Positions 38,563-53,500 of a DNA stretch of 64,000 bases are shown here, piece by piece. The stretch lies in NCBI GenBank assembly GCA_013239625.1, contig MU054308.1:107356-171355 (forward strand), read 5' to 3'. The first letter of the stretch is position 1, and every line of letters begins with the position of its first letter. Position numbers and translations under genes: made by a program. The stretch is from Lama guanicoe (lineage: Eukaryota). Under the pieces are notes generated by a model. That model did no database searches, had not been told where the DNA came from, and saw only the letters and a program-made list of their open reading frames with translations.

Positions 38563-39084
38563 GAACAAGCTTTCTCATTCCCTCTGATGTGAAATCTCTC
38601 TGGGCATACACATGCTTGCCTGGTGGTGGTGGTGGTGGTGGGCAAAAATATTTCACTTCTAGATTTCAATAGGCTAAATTTTTCTTCTATTTAAGTCAAC
38701 ACTAGACTTTTACAGAATCACCTGCAGATGTGCTTCTGGAAGCTACAAAAATTCCAACAATGAAAATAAGTCTGTTGTCTCCTGACAAGATAGTTTTTCT
38801 CAAAACTGAGCAGCTCTGAGACACACTTCAGGAGTACAGATAGATGCAGTGTGCTTCATTTCCCATGCTGTTCCGACACAATTTCCCACTTATATCAAAG
38901 TAAGTTAAAATAGGTCTTCAATAGCAGATGCTCTGACATGATACAACAATGTCAATTCCACTTATTTATTGAGCCAGAGCAGCTTTAGAGTAAATGATTT
39001 TATACCAAACTCCTGCTTGATGTCCTGTCTTCTCCCTGGTGGCTAATTCCTTCTTCTTTCTTCCTAAAAGTTCTCCTGTTATGG

Positions 39085-39168
39085 NNNNNNNNNNNNNNNN
39101 NNNNNNNNNNNNNNNNNNNNNNNNNNNNNNNNNNNNNNNNNNNNNNNNNNNNNNNNNNNNNNNNNNNN
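39085..39168. other. Assembly gap (84 N)
   Basis: N-run; ANO6 exon order and strand are consistent across it. Confidence 1.
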
Positions 39169-41235
39169 CACACAGGACCCTTGGAAGATGTCACTTCCTA
39201 ATGTGGGCAAGAGGATGGTCTATAGTTCAATCAATGATCTAAAAGCAGTTTTCTAGGGTATAATAAAGCAATGCCTGAGTTATAATACAGAACAACTCCT
39301 GCATATGAATCAGTGGCACCAATCAGTGGGTGCACATGTGTGCACACACACACCTGTGCATGTAGAGCAGCCTTGGAGACACTCCATCTGTGCTGATGGA
39401 GCAAAGCCATGCTGGGGAGATGAGGAAAATATGCCTAATACAATCAAACCACAACACCGTAGTAATGGGTAATAGGAGTCAACCGAATTTACTGGTTAGA
39501 TGAACGTCAAACAAAAACACTTTTAGTTTCAAACGTCAATACTAAAAATTTTCTTAAAACACAGGAGACCGTTTTCCTGCATTGTTTACTGTCATATGGC
39601 ATATTAAACATGACAGATTCATACTTTTCTGACTGTGGAACTGGAAAGGCCTTGCTGTCATATTTCTGAATATTAGTCTATGTTTTGCAGCACAGTGTAT
39701 ATTGAAAACAGGGCAATTTGAGTGAATGGGAATGGACATAACCTAGCAGATATTGACTGTGTGTGATTTGCCAGCTTTCTCCAAAAAGTAGGGGTAGCAA
39801 GCAAATCAGATAAATTGAGGGATCTTGGGATGGGGAGTCGGGTGGGCTGAAAGCTGGGTGGTCCCAGGTAGCTTGTTTTACTGTGTAAAATTGTGATTAT
39901 GATCCAGACAGTGACACATCGTCAAATTCTTGTGCCTGTTAGCTTTGATACCTGGCCAAGTCTGTGCAGCCAATTTTATCGATGGTGCATAATGTAGATA
40001 ACTAACATTCCCTGAGGACCAGGCTGTGTGACTTCCATGTATTGACTCACAGAATTCCCTAAGCACACTTTGTGGTACATAACAGTCTTAAAATATGTGG
40101 CAGGGAATTATTCTGTTTGCAGATGATAAAATGAAGCTCTGAACTGTTGAAGCCTGGCCCGAAATCATGCAGATGGGAAGACGCCGTGCTGGGAGCTGAG
40201 CTTGGGCCAGGCTACAGAACCTGAAGGACCCAGCAAGGCCCCTCACCCAGGAACCTTGCCCACAGCCACTGCCAGGCCCTGTTCTGTTTCTATGAGTGCT
40301 CATAGGTAAATGCCAGGTACTCAGTGTCAAAATGACTTGATTAAGAAATTCAAACTGGGATAGCCTTTTGTTGGGGACTGTAACCTGGGAGTGAAACTGG
40401 CAGTGAAGTAAGGGAGGAAACAGCCCTGGTTGTAAGAACATTTCTAGGGAAGAAGGTTCCCTGATGGGCTGGCATGGGAATCGCTGTGGTTGTGAGCCCC
40501 CTGTTGCCCTGTGGGGATGGGGGCAGGGAAAGAGAGAGACTGTTCAGACTGGTCATAGTCAATTCAGTTTGTAACAGCTGAGTTCTGTTCCCTCACAGCT
40601 CAGGCACATGCAGGGCATGAGGATGCTTAGCTAATGACCAACAGTGGGTAGCAAAGGCCAAGAGTAGGGTGGGGAGGAGAGATAGGACCACCTTCTGGAA
40701 GAACCTCTGCCCCAGGGGACCAGGAAGTTAATGAATGATTGGGGATGCACAAAGTGTTTATATGGCCTCATCAGGTAGTTCCTACTTTAGACTGATAGTG
40801 TGGAATATATGGTAAAATACAGTGGAATGACTGCTCTTATTTTAGGTTCTACATACTCTTAAATGGATAGATTTCTCTCTCCATTATACAAGCACTGCTG
40901 GGTAACCTTTATAGTCATGTGAGGATAGAAAGAGTGAGTACTTATTAACAATATTACTATGCTTCTACTGAATTAACACTTCAGCAATGGTACAATGGTC
41001 ACGCTTCTTAAAAACTGCCTCTGTAAGAGCCCTTGTAAGTCACAAATAATAATTATAAAGAAAATATATTAAAAATAATAATTACAGTTACAACAACTAC
41101 GTTGTTTATAATGATGATAGTGGTTGCATCTCCCTCTCATATTAAACAATACCCAACACTGGATTCCTTAGGAAGCAACACTAATGCATTTTTGGGCTCT
41201 TCAAGGTCTTCACCCCGTGAAGCCTTTTTACTCAC

Positions 41236-41442
41236 ATTGGTCACCACAGCCAGAATTGCTCTTCCTTGCATGATGGGCTGTCACGCTGTGATGTCCTGGG
41301 CTTTTCCTGGCACAATGCATCTATACTGGGTAATCAAGTTTCCATATATCCACTCTGATTTCCAATATATTGTTCCCCAGAGCCAACAGAGGGGCCACTG
41401 GAAAAGAGACCACAAATAAGGTGGTGAACCCAAACTGCATAC
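41236..41442 (-). pseudogene. ANO6: ANO6 pseudo-exon 17 (207 nt vs 206)
   Basis: cag|..[35 protein letters not shown](fs)[32 protein letters not shown]|gtgagt; +1 insertion and W to TGA. Confidence 0.95.
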
Positions 41443-42899
41443 CTGTTGAAGGAGTGGACACACATCATGGAGTGGTGGATGGATGGAAGGACAACATATA
41501 TTCTTTAATCATGTAAAGAGAGGCAAATGGTGAACTAAATCCCAAAGAGAAAAGGCGTTCATGGTAATAATAATGTTGAACAGTGAAAGAATCCAAACAA
41601 AAGACAAACATAAAATCTCTGGGAAGAAGACTAATTACAATCTGTTTCTTTCATTTATATACCCTTAGAAAGAATAACATACTTAAAAATCTTTAACCAA
41701 CCATAGTTACTTGCTGGTGATAAACGTGGGAATCTTGAAGCATATTATTCACTCTCAGTGTTGAAATAATACAATCTTGGAAGATGATTTTTAATTGAGG
41801 ATTAAAAAAAGAATATTGTGGATGTATCTAACAATTTAAGTAGAAATAAGAAATGTACCTTTGGGAAAGCTCTGCATATAGAATGTTGGAGGAAATACAC
41901 TGAAAATAGGCAAGTGAGCAAGCTCCCTTGAGTCTGGGAAGGTGAGTGCAGCACATTCAGAGAGTCTATGAAGTTATTACAAGTCACAGAAAGCTATGCA
42001 ATTAAATTTCCTTCATAAGCAAAATATCCTTCTTCAGAAATTTTTATCTTGATATTTCTATGGTCTGTGTGGTCACAGGAAGTCAAAGTTATGGTGGTGG
42101 CCTAGAAGTTCTTTTCTCTCTGTCTGTAATTTACAGGACATTGTTACAGATGGGGCAGCAGAGATCTGTTGTAAGCTGTTCCATGGGGTGGGGGAGTGGT
42201 TAGAAATGATAAGGCCAGAGATCTAAAAGACTTTTAGACCCTCCCCTCCTAACTGGCAGACCTATAAAGTATACTAGCACAGGTATGTAACTAAGACAGT
42301 GGATGGGAGGCAAATTTATAGTCCCTTTAGGGTTACTGCTCAGTCAAGGGATAGGGACCACTCTGGCCAGGAATGGCAAGACCGTGGATGGGGTGGATGC
42401 GTAGGAGGAGCTGACATTTGCTTCTGACCTGAGAGGCAGGGATGTGTTGCAGAAAAGCAGACAGTGCTGGAAAGATGCAGCAGGTCCACAGCCCAGAAGG
42501 AGCTGACATATTCAGAGAGGTCAGAGAGGAAAGAGCCTGAGTTAGTGATGCCACAGAGTCAGCAGTGTGGCAGCAGTGATGGTAGTATCTGTGTCCATAA
42601 TCCACCTAACCCTACATGAACTCATCTGCCTACAGGGGGCAGGTAAGTAAAAGAAATATGTGGAGTGTGTGCAGCCACTGGAAACTTGGCAAGAGGATAT
42701 CCTAATGAAACGCACTGCTCACGGTCACCATATTGGAAAGAGGGCCCCACACTGTCAGCTCTCATTCTCACTCAAGAGAAGCCAGAAATTAAGACTTTAT
42801 TAGCAATCGACCCAATTCAAAACCCAGAAAAGATAGCATTTATAATGACAATAAAGACACAATATTTAGAAATAAATTATTGAAAAATGTTGATGGTTC

Positions 42900-43560
42900 T
42901 GATAAGTGACTTAAAAAAAGAAAAAAAACAATGATTGAAAAAAGAAAAAATGATTGAATAAACAATAGAATGCAACATACTCTTCATTGGGCAGACTCAA
43001 ATTTGGGGGACATAGCACATTTTTTCTCCAAAATAAATTTAGAATCTGAATGCAAATTTAGTTAATAATCCCAAATGAATTTAAGAAAAAAAGCTGAAAG
43101 GTGATCCTAAAATTCTTCCAGAATTATACACAAATATACAAATAAAATAATGAGGAGGCATGTTTGAATTGGTAGTATTAGGGACATTCTGGAAAAGGAT
43201 AAAATAGGACCAACTCTAGGAGGTATTACTCTATGGTGATGGAAACAGTTTAGAAATAGTGCACTGAGTGTATGAATGAAATAGAACACATTTCAAGAAT
43301 AGACTGGATATTTATGAGATTTTAGTAATATTATAAAACTGACACTTCAAATCAGTGGTCAAGTACTGGAGTAATTAGCTAAATCTTTGGAAGACTTGAT
43401 ACAGTGTCCTCACTTTTGACATCAAAATAAATTGCAGATTTTTTTAATTAAAAATAAAACATCAGAAAAAAACCAACATGATTTAATCTGTTCAGATATT
43501 GAAGTGAGAAGAATTTTCTAAAAAGCTTTTGGAACAAAGACCAAAAACAGCAAAGGCCTA
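42900..43560 (+). mobile_element. Old L1 ORF2 fragment
   Basis: ttcattgggcagactcaa, tgatcctaaaattc, aaaataaattgcagat resemble degraded L1ME ORF2. Confidence 0.55.
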
Positions 43561-43599
43561 GCAACTCAGCAAGGCCAGAAACGCCCTCTGTAAAACAAA

Positions 43600-45185
43600 A
43601 CTAACCCTCGCCTGACCCTCTCTCACGGCTCTGTGTTGCTCTCTGATACTTTCTGCACTTTCTTCTTCCCTTTAAAGCTCAGTTTCTTGGAGAAGTACCT
43701 GCGCTGATGACTCCTCCAGGGATCAGAGCCCTGCATCCCCCACGGCCCTCACCGCAGCACTGAGACAGGAGTTGCACTGCTGGTGGCTGCGTGTTCCAAA
43801 GCCAGTGGGTACTTTCAGTCCCAGTTTATTTGATTACCAGGTAGCTTTTGCTGTGGACAAATATTTTCCTCTCTGTGGAATGTTTTTACCCCTTGATTTT
43901 TGTTTTACTTAAATAAATTTAAAAAGCCCAGGCAGAAAATTTTGTGTGTACATATGTACACACATACAGATACACACAGATCTTTTTTTTAAAGGCTACC
44001 TAAGTATAGTCCTCCTCCTCCATTTCCCCAGACGTGGCAATTAAAGGTGGGCTTTAGCTCTTGCTTTTTTGCTCCGCACACCCACCTTTCTCACTAGGCT
44101 CATTTTAGTCAGTGTTCAAATCCCTCTTAAGCCAGGTTACAGCCTTCTCTGTGTTGTCTCAACTAGTTTTCTCTCAACTTCTCTGCTATTCTTTCTCTTG
44201 GTGGATTTCTCTTCTCCCATTTGCCATGTACATGGCCCTTTTCCCCAGGGCCTTGTCTTCAATCCTCCGCCTGGCAGGACTGAATCGCCCCCACGGCCTC
44301 ACCCACAGCTCCTCTGAGCTCCTGACTGGTGAATCCAGCTTAACAATGGACATCACCCCTCAGATGTCCCATAGACACTTTGCACTCAAAATGCCACACA
44401 CAGAACCATCTCCTCAAAACCAGCTCCTCCCCCCTTACACCCCCTGCAGACCCGCTTTCCAGATGGGTCACTGGTAGGTCATCTCAGCAGCTCTGTGCCA
44501 CCCCCAATCCAGCCCCACAGGCACCTCTGCAGCAGTTACCACTTCTGCCACCCATGTCTCTATCCCTCTGCCCAGAGCCTCTCTGCAGGCATGTGCCACT
44601 TGTTGTCTGAGTTACCTGGGGTGGCCCCCTGAAATATCCTTTCCCCCCAAATATTGGCCTTCCCCCAAAGTATTATCTTCCATTCTGCTGCCAGAATAAC
44701 CAGATCTTCTTCAACATACACATTATGCAATTCTCTTGCTTACAAATATTCCAATATATCCCTGTTTCTTTAAGGATACATTCAACTCTAAGCACACAAG
44801 ACCCATCGTGACAGAGGCCTTGTGCGCCTGATATTCCCACCTGTGGATACTTTGTTCTAGCCCTACTTGTTCTTCAGTCTGGCCAAGCCACTTCATGCCG
44901 TGTACTCTTATATGTCTCTACCTCTCTGCATGAAGTGTCCACTCCCTCTGCCACACAACAGAGAGCTAACTTCCTTTCACCTTTCAAAATTCAGTTCAAC
45001 TATCTCCAGCTGTAGGAAGTCCAATTTGTGTTCACCTGCTTAGCAATCCATCAACTACTTGCCATGCCTCATTTGGCCTGGAGAGTGCAGACACCAAGTC
45101 TTACCTGTCTTGGTCTCCCCAGCAGTTGGTACAGTGTTTGGCATAGCAGGTACTCAACGTTTGTTGGGTGGATATATGAATGAGT
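43600..45185 (+). mobile_element. L2 LINE 3' region (fragmented)
   Basis: Pyrimidine-rich body (gatgtcccatagacac..actcaaaatg) ending in cagtgtttggcatagcaggtactcaacgtttgttg, like the L2 3' terminus; left boundary uncertain. Confidence 0.65.
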
Positions 45186-48142
45186 GAGTAAAGAGATGAG
45201 AGGTCTACAATCCCCCCCAGTTACGCAGCTGATATTTTGGAAAGTTCATTCTGTGGAGTTAAGGAAATGTCAGTGCAGGTGGTGGGCAGACAGAGCAGAG
45301 GTGAGGCCATGGGGGAGACAGGCCTGGTCCTGGAGAGTGCAGGAGAGGCGTGGGTGGGATAGCACTGGAGACAGTGGGAATGAAGGGGGTGGGTTCAAGA
45401 AGACATTGAAGAAAAACTATTAACTGCAGTAAATTAAAAACTAAAGACTGCAGTATACAAAGGGAAGATCAAGTTAACACAGCACAGGTGGAAGAGGAAG
45501 TACCAGAGACAAAGAGCTCTCATTTCATCTCTCACTGCATTTCACTTATGGCACCCACCCTCTGGGAAGGCATCGCCAAACTCTTGAGAGACTGGTGTTT
45601 GTGCTGTGGGTGCCCTAAGTACAAAATGTTATCTTATGACTTCCAGATTTTAAGACTGATAGATTATTTCTCTTATGTCCCATGTCTGAGTTCTCAGACG
45701 GCAGGATCATTCGCTGGTGGGGGGAGAGCTAATGTGGTTAACAACTCAGAGTTACTCTAATAACCTCAAAGGACAGTGAGAAATTCACTAAAACTAATAA
45801 AAGAGAAATTTAACTCAGAAAAACACATATGCCATGTAGAACCTTGTGGGTGCCGTGGGGGCAATGTTAGTGCCAACTCATCTAACAGTTGTATGTGAGT
45901 ATGTTGAAACTCCAAGCTTAAGTCACTTAATTATGTATGAGAACCAGGGTCCAGGCTGTGGTGCTCCAGACATGGACGGGAAGATGCAAAGCCTGACTAC
46001 TGCCTCCGACAGGATCAGTCCAGCCGGGGAGCACAATGGACATGGACACGATCACGCACCATCAAGACAAGAATCAAGTGCAATTAATGCCTAGAGAGGA
46101 GAGCAGAAAATCTGTAAAAAGTGGAGGGGTTCCTGCCAAGGTGTGGCAAGAACACTTCCAGGCAGAAAAGCAGAGAAAGATACTTCAGGCAAAGGAGACT
46201 AGGTTTGGTGGCTGGGTGTGAGGACTAACGAAGCACAGGTGGAGGGCTCCAGGGTCATCTGTCAGAAGCTGCTCCCCTTCAGTAGCTAAGAGGCATAAGT
46301 AAAAAGACAATTTGAGTGTCATTAATGATCATGGGGAAAACTGGGAGGAGGAAACTCTGGTCAGGAGATCACCAACAAAGTCACTTTATTTTAGAGGAAC
46401 AAAAATAATTCAAAAAACACTTGGAAATTCTATCTCTTATGAACCAAAAGAATAAAAAATAGGTTTCAATCTAGCATTGAATACAGAATAACAGACTGAC
46501 TACTCTCAGAAATTGATTAATTTTTCTAATTCATTAGGGAATATTTAGATAATAGGAAAACTAATAAGTCTGAAAAATCTCTCTAGAATAGCTGTAAAAA
46601 ATCTCTATAGCTGTTACTCCATCCTTTTTTGCAGGGTAGGGGGAGGCTGAATTATTTAATTGGTATTTTAATGAGACTGTAAAGTTCTAAAAGTCCTATC
46701 AATTTGTCCCCAAAGCATACAATTTTTCCTTTCAGTGCCCTTTATTTGACTTAACTAGAACAATAAATTTTTTCCAAGGCTTTTTGTGTGTGTGTTAAAA
46801 TGACAAATGATATGCTGCCCCCAGAATGTTGTTGTTATTATTAATGTTGATATTAGCCCCAATAAGAAATATTTACAATTATGACTCATTTTGGTATAAC
46901 AGGATATTGGCTTATAGTCCTTTTGAAAATAAGCAAAATAAATGAACATAACTTCTACACCAGGGACTGCAGCTGCACCCTTAATGGAACCTGGTCACAA
47001 AACACAACAAAAGCAAAAATGAAACTGAAATCAGACACCAAGCCACAAAGCATCGCTGACTGAAGATAGCACAAGATGACTTTTCACTCACCGAAGGAAC
47101 CAGATGCATTTCCATGTATAATGTATATTTTTAAAAGCAATTATTTTACATATAGAATGTGATTTAGGAAAAAAATAACTCTATCTGTAGACTTATAAAC
47201 AGGAAGCACAAAAGGGTAAATTTGCAAACATGAACCCCCATGCATAAATGCAAAGCCTATTGAACAAAATCCTTTCCTGTTCTCCTAAGTTAAAAAAAAA
47301 AAAACTAATTCAAGGCAGTGGTGAGCTGAAAGGGCTCAGATACAAAACATGCACATTATCAGCCTTCCAGTAGATAAAAGTGCACCATGCATAATAGAAA
47401 AGACGATGTTTCCTATGGAAATCTATTTTGAGATGCAATCATTTAAAGGCAACCGAGAGCTCAAAACCAAGTTCAACCAAAGAGAAACAGAGCCCAAGCA
47501 AATGTACAGAAATGGACACAGACATTGGAGAAGGAGGGGATCTGTGTTCTACCGATACTCCAGATCAGCAAATTCATCCTGAATTCAAGCCAGTGATGTG
47601 CCATGAGATCACTCAAGGAACCAGGCAGAAACCACCAGCCACAGGAAATAGGAACAATGTCAAAGGCAGGTGTGAGATGTGTTAGGGGTGACCCTGTGAA
47701 CCTTGCTGCCATGAGGCAGGATGCTCTTGCGGGCTTTCTGCACAGTCTGGCTGGCTCACATGACTCTGTTTAGAAGGATATCAGCCAACAGCTGTGCCAC
47801 ACGGACTACAGCCCAAGATGAGTCACATCTAGTAACGGTTCTGAGTTCATCTTTAGACAACATGACCAGAAGGCTCTGAGAATTAATGGTGGAGACGTAC
47901 CTGAATGAATATTCCATTTCATTCCTTGGCAGTAAATCTTCAGCTTTGTACAAAATAAATATTGACAAAGATACACACAGGCACCCTATTTGAAAGCCTG
48001 ACTACGTAATTGTATCTAATGGAGAAAAGCAGGCTCCGTTTCTGTATGCTAGGTCATTGTTTGGCTCCGTAACTGATATTTCTGAGATCCAAAACATACT
48101 CTAGTATAACCAACAGCACTGAAATCTCCACTGCTGACTTAC

Positions 48143-48266
48143 TCATTTCAAGGTATTCATAAAACAACCCCAGTTTGCCCATGGGCTGCAGATGGTTGTC
48201 CCGTTCCCATCGTGGGGTGGTCTCTTCTGCTTCTGAAACTGCAGCACCATTAGATTCATGACCCAG
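48143..48266 (-). pseudogene. ANO6: ANO6 pseudo-exon 16 (124 nt vs 131)
   Basis: cag|.WVMNLMV(7-nt deletion, fs)AVSEAEETTPRWERDNHLQPMGKLGLFYEYLEM|gtaagt. Confidence 0.93.
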
Positions 48267-50135
48267 CTGCCAAACAGATCAAATTATAAGGCAGGATATT
48301 ATCAGACCAAGGTCATAAAAGCATTGCTGACATTTCAAGCTGAGCACATCATCTTCCCAAGAATTTAATTTCTTCTTTTCAGGATAAATTTCTTTTTACT
48401 GCTGCCTCCCTACCCCCAAATATTGTGAAAGCTAGTCCTGATTATGTACATTGGGTTTACCAAAATGTAATGACTACTACTTTATCTCCTGCCTCCTATT
48501 CAGGTGGGCATTTAGCTTTTAGAAGATACCTTCCCTTATTTGACTTTTTCCCCCATTTCTCTGCTATTATCCACCATGGCCTTTCCAGTCTGAAAATCGT
48601 CAGAGAAAATAAGTAACAGAAAGAAATACAGGGTCTGTGAGCTGGTGATAAGTGCTGCAGAGGAAAAAGAAGGGCGAGGAATTTGTGGTAGGGAGGAGTG
48701 GGGATGGGGCACTGACATTTGAATAAGGCAAAGATGGAGGCAAAGGGGTGGGCAGAGGAGGGGCAGAGGGAACAGTGATCACCGGCCTGGAGGTCCCTCA
48801 TGCTGGACAGACAGCATGGAAGTTGGTGTGGGCCAGAGTGAACAGGAAATAAGTGGTGGTTTTGGGGGTGGAGCCTAAGAGACTGCAGTGAGGATGTGGG
48901 CATTTTCCCCCTTGAAGGAATTGGGGAGCCATGAGGGGTCACCAAGCAGAAAAATGATACTCTAACTTTGGATCAAACAGGTCCAAGACCGTAATTTAAG
49001 TTGAACAAATCAAAGGCCAAAGAAGTGACATGCCACCTCAAAGTCACTGCAAAACTTGAAAGAAACACAGCCTCGACTCACATCCCAGTGCTCTGCCCAC
49101 TCCTGGATGCTGTCCCACAGTGCTGTCTCTAAGGTTATCTTTTTCCCTCACTCAGAGGCTTGTGGGTCAACTGAATGCTTCTCCCTTTTTCAAATGGCAA
49201 TTTGTCCTGAAATGAAATTGGAGTTTGCAGTGAAATAAGGCATGGACCTGTAGCCTACAGAGCTCTTTTCCCTGAAAGCAACAGCTGGCACGTGGTTTAC
49301 TCGTGGAGTTCAGCAGAATAGACAGAGCAACAACAGACAACTTAGCATCTGGCTGAGCTTCTGCTGACTGCACTGCACATTTGGATGGATTTCAAATTTG
49401 GACAGTGAGGCGGCTTCACATGAAAGGCAGGTGTATACACTGTACATGCACACTCATGTGTATGTACTCACACGCGGACACACACAGAGTATATGATGTG
49501 ACTTGTAAAGAGCTGCCCCTGCTAGGTTTCCCACTACCTCTGATCTCAGTGTTAACCTTTCACTGGCCATGCTCCCAGATTTCCTACAAGATTTCTTTGC
49601 TATGGAACATGCCCTTTGCTTCACAAACTTTCCCCACTTCTTTCAATGACATTAGGGGAAGAGCAGGGAGCTCTGGGAAGTGGTGGGTATATGGACTGGA
49701 GATACCCCTGAATCTGAATCCACGCTTCATGGCTTATTTGTTATTTAACTTTATTTACATTCAAAATGCAATTATTGCAGATCTCAGAAGATGATTTACA
49801 CTCACTGCTATGGCAGAATGTTGTGGTTAGTAGACTCAACACTGGATTCTCTTATTCAACACGTTCTTCCAATAATTCAAATATTACTATATCACAAATG
49901 CCCATTTCTATATTTTGATATCTGCTTTTCAGTATAATTATCTTCCTTCTTTATTCTCTAAATCTTATGATTTTAAAACATTTTCCTGAGAAATGTTCCA
50001 CAGGCTCTTTACTTATGATAAATTTATAAAGAGATCCTAGAGATCAAAACCACATTTAAATCCTGAGATAAAATCAACTCTGTCATATACATGGCTAGGT
50101 TTAGTCTGCAAGTACTTTGTTTAGTAATTTTTGCA

Positions 50136-50312
50136 TCAAACAACAAGGTCCTACTGTATAGCATAGGGAACAACACTCAATAACTTTTAATAGCCTATAG
50201 TGAAAAAGAATATGAAAAGGAATATATATATATGTTTGTATAACTGAATCAATATGCTGTACACCAAGAATTAACACAATATTGTAAACCAAGTATACTT
50301 TCAACAAAAAAA
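50136..50312 (+). mobile_element. L1 3' end fragment (artiodactyl type)
   Basis: caacaaggtcctactgtatagcataggg...gtataactgaatca..tgctgtacacca...A-tail. Confidence 0.88.
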
Positions 50313-53300
50313 GTTGAAATAAATTTGGAAGATGAAACTTCCACCACCCAGGCTGCTGTCAGGATGAAACGATTCAGAGCAGGACAGGTATTAGCAACCC
50401 CCCTAACACATCAAAACCCCGTGTGGGATCTTCCTTTTGAGCAGCACAGGCTAACCAGCTGTGGCCACCTTTAAATAGGGCTGAAGTCACTTAGACCCTT
50501 GGCTTAGGGACAACGTAGCCACAGGGGTGGAAGTCGCTGCAACACCTACGAGAATGATGGGGAGAGCCTGCTGCTGAAGCCACTCCCCAGGTTGCAGCCC
50601 AGAGCGCAGCAGTCAGGTCTGAGGTTCGGCCAGGAGCACACAGCTCCACAGCCACTCAGAGCCCTGTGGTGCAGGTGGCACTGGGACCGTGCTCGTCCAT
50701 CACCCTTCCTGGCACCCAGACTCGGGAATGTCCTGGGGGAATTTTTCTCTGCCTCATACTTCCTGTCTCAGCCTCTTGTGGAATTCGGTCCATGTCCCAG
50801 GGAAGCAGGGCTTTTACCCTCTGGGACCCAAATCCATCACGGTTTGGATCCAGAATGAAACTTCCATGTTAACTCACCTGGCGCTCCCTTCTTGTGCTGA
50901 ACTGCCCTCACTCCCCGCTGATGACATTAGGTCATATTAGAAGTCCCGACTTGCTTGTCCTTAGCTAAGACTCTGAGCCTCTTGCTCAGTCTTCCTGAGT
51001 GGAACCACTCATCTGTGGCAGAAAAGCTTGGGCTGTTGTCTACCCACCATGGTCCTCGGTCTTTTGGGTTTTCTGTTGGGTTATGGTTCTCATGCAGGGA
51101 TATCAATTTGCACATGAGAAGCACCTGTAGATATTTTAAAACATACAGACACTGGATCCTCCCCCCTCTCCAGCCAAGGCTGGAAGCTTTCTCCCTCTAG
51201 CAGGGGTTACACAATCATTTGCTTGGGAATTGACCACACATATTGACATATTCATAGTAAACTGCCATTTACTCTGTGTTTGCCACATGGCATTTTCTAC
51301 TGCATGTTGTCTTTGTACCTGCATTATCACATTTAATCCCTGCATTATAGATTATCACCATTTCTTTTGAGGACACTACCACTTGCTAATCTTGAATACA
51401 AGTATCTTTGATTCTCTGAAACTATATCATTCCTGAGTTTCCTGTTCCTGAATTTAAAGAGTGAATTAGGGACACATGTATTTAAGATTCTCTTATTATA
51501 TGTCTCTGACTCATCCTCTAACCAAATCGTATCTGGAAAAGAGAGATATTCTTTTTCTTATTATATAATAGTGCATACCCACAGTGGAAAATGTAGAAAA
51601 CATATAAAGTAAGAAAATTACAGCCATACATTATCTAAACACCAAAGGACAATGCCATGCCATTTTGGGCATTTAACTATTTTTCTTAATAATTTATCAT
51701 AAAATCTCTCCAGGGCAAGTTGCTTAACCCTGGAATTGTACTAGCCTTTTGTCAAGTACAGAATAACATTTCCAGAAATGATTCCAATATCAAAATAGTA
51801 TGTGAGGATGGGAAGGCCACAGGGCTCTCAGCTTATTCTCTGAGTCCTACAAAGAATGCTGTTAATTCACTGATGTTATGCATTCGATGCCTGTGAGTCA
51901 CTCACTCACTCAGCTGGCTCGGACTGAGACCTACTTTATACCAGGTGCTGATCCAAGTGAGGGAGACCCCGAGCCTGGATCACGGCATCCCTGTCCTTCT
52001 TCATTTGCTCCCAGAATCCTACTCAAGAACCCCACATGGAATTGAGGGGTGGAGGCAGGTGAGTTATGGTGAAATTCATTTCATTATGTTCCTTTGGACA
52101 TATTTAAATAGCATGAAAATAGTTGCTAATTTTGATAAGTTTTTTTTTCCCTTCCTATGTATTTTTGAGGATGGGTATACATTTGGCATAGCAAGAGTAA
52201 CTGATAGATCTTTCGTATGTTAGGATTTTATATGGAAAAATAAGAAGGGAACTGGCACCTTATACAAAGAGAAGAGGCAGTGAGGAAGACACAAGCCACC
52301 CTCGAACTTGGCTACCATTCAGCATTCCTGGTTTTCAAACAAGGGAAACATAATTCAAAACATATTCCCTAAATATTTTAGCCCATAGTAGAAATACATG
52401 GATGAAAAATACAGCTCACTGGAACCTACAACAATGTGCTTACTTAAGTGAAGGTATAAACAGACCACAGATATTATAATGCATCCTTTACTTTAAACTA
52501 GTCCATGTGAAGAAGTTTCATTTCACATGAATTTCTCAGTACTAATTTAGGAAATATATCCTTCTCCTTGATTGGTTAAAATAGCTCACTGACAACCAGA
52601 TTCAACAAAATTTAGTGTTAAAAAATTAACCTATTTCCTCCAGGAAATGCTTTTGAGTAACCTGAGTTAAGTATTTCCTCTATTTAATCTATTTCTTTTC
52701 ACACAGAAAAATAGTATTATTTACACATGACCTACTTTTACTCCTCTGGAAAAATCCGACTGTGAGCTCAGGGTAAGAGTTGTCTACTGCACAGTAGGGA
52801 AAAAAAAGATTCATTTCACAGCGAAGATCAGAATCTTTTTTTTTTGAGGGGCATGGTGAGCTCGGGGACAAGGGAATTGTCTTTGTTTAGAGACAGACCC
52901 CGGTAATCCATACTGAAGCTGAAAGATGAAGACCTTGTGAAGAAATGTGGAAGGACACACTGACACCCAAAGGTGTTCACTCTGCAAAAACAGAAATAAA
53001 GAAAGAAAAATTAATTTACCTGCCCTATAAGGAGAATGGACAGAAACTTTGTAAAAAGAGAGAAAGAAGGAAGGTTAAGGAAGGGAGGAGAAACAATGAA
53101 AGGGAAGTTGGATGCTGTGGGCAGAATCGCAGGTTTCTGGAGCTTACAATGAAGGATGATAAGAAAAAAGTACAGTTTTTAAAAAGTAACAAAGTTTAAA
53201 ATAATTTAAAAATTAAAAAATGAAGTTAAAAAATAAATTTTTTTATAGTGGCATGTAAGATTTTAAAATGATGGAGGTTTTTTATTTCAAAGTTCAAGTT

Positions 53301-53500
53301 GTTTGAGTTTCTCCTCCATGCTCCAAACATCAGTAAGGGCTGCTTGTGTAAGTGTTTTAGGGGGACACCACAGAGAGGGGTGAGCTCTGCCATTAGGATG
53401 GCCAGGATCAGAATGCTGGTGTGGAAGGCAAGAAAGAAGAGAGATCAACAGTTTCATGAGAACAGGAACTCAAAGCCAGAAATTATCTTAAAAAGGTTAG

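Noticed and set aside
48496..49794. Longest non-repeat-looking ORFs (149 aa and 137 aa)
   Set aside because: No recognisable domain; they lie in an ANO6 pseudo-intron and the first overlaps L2-like sequence
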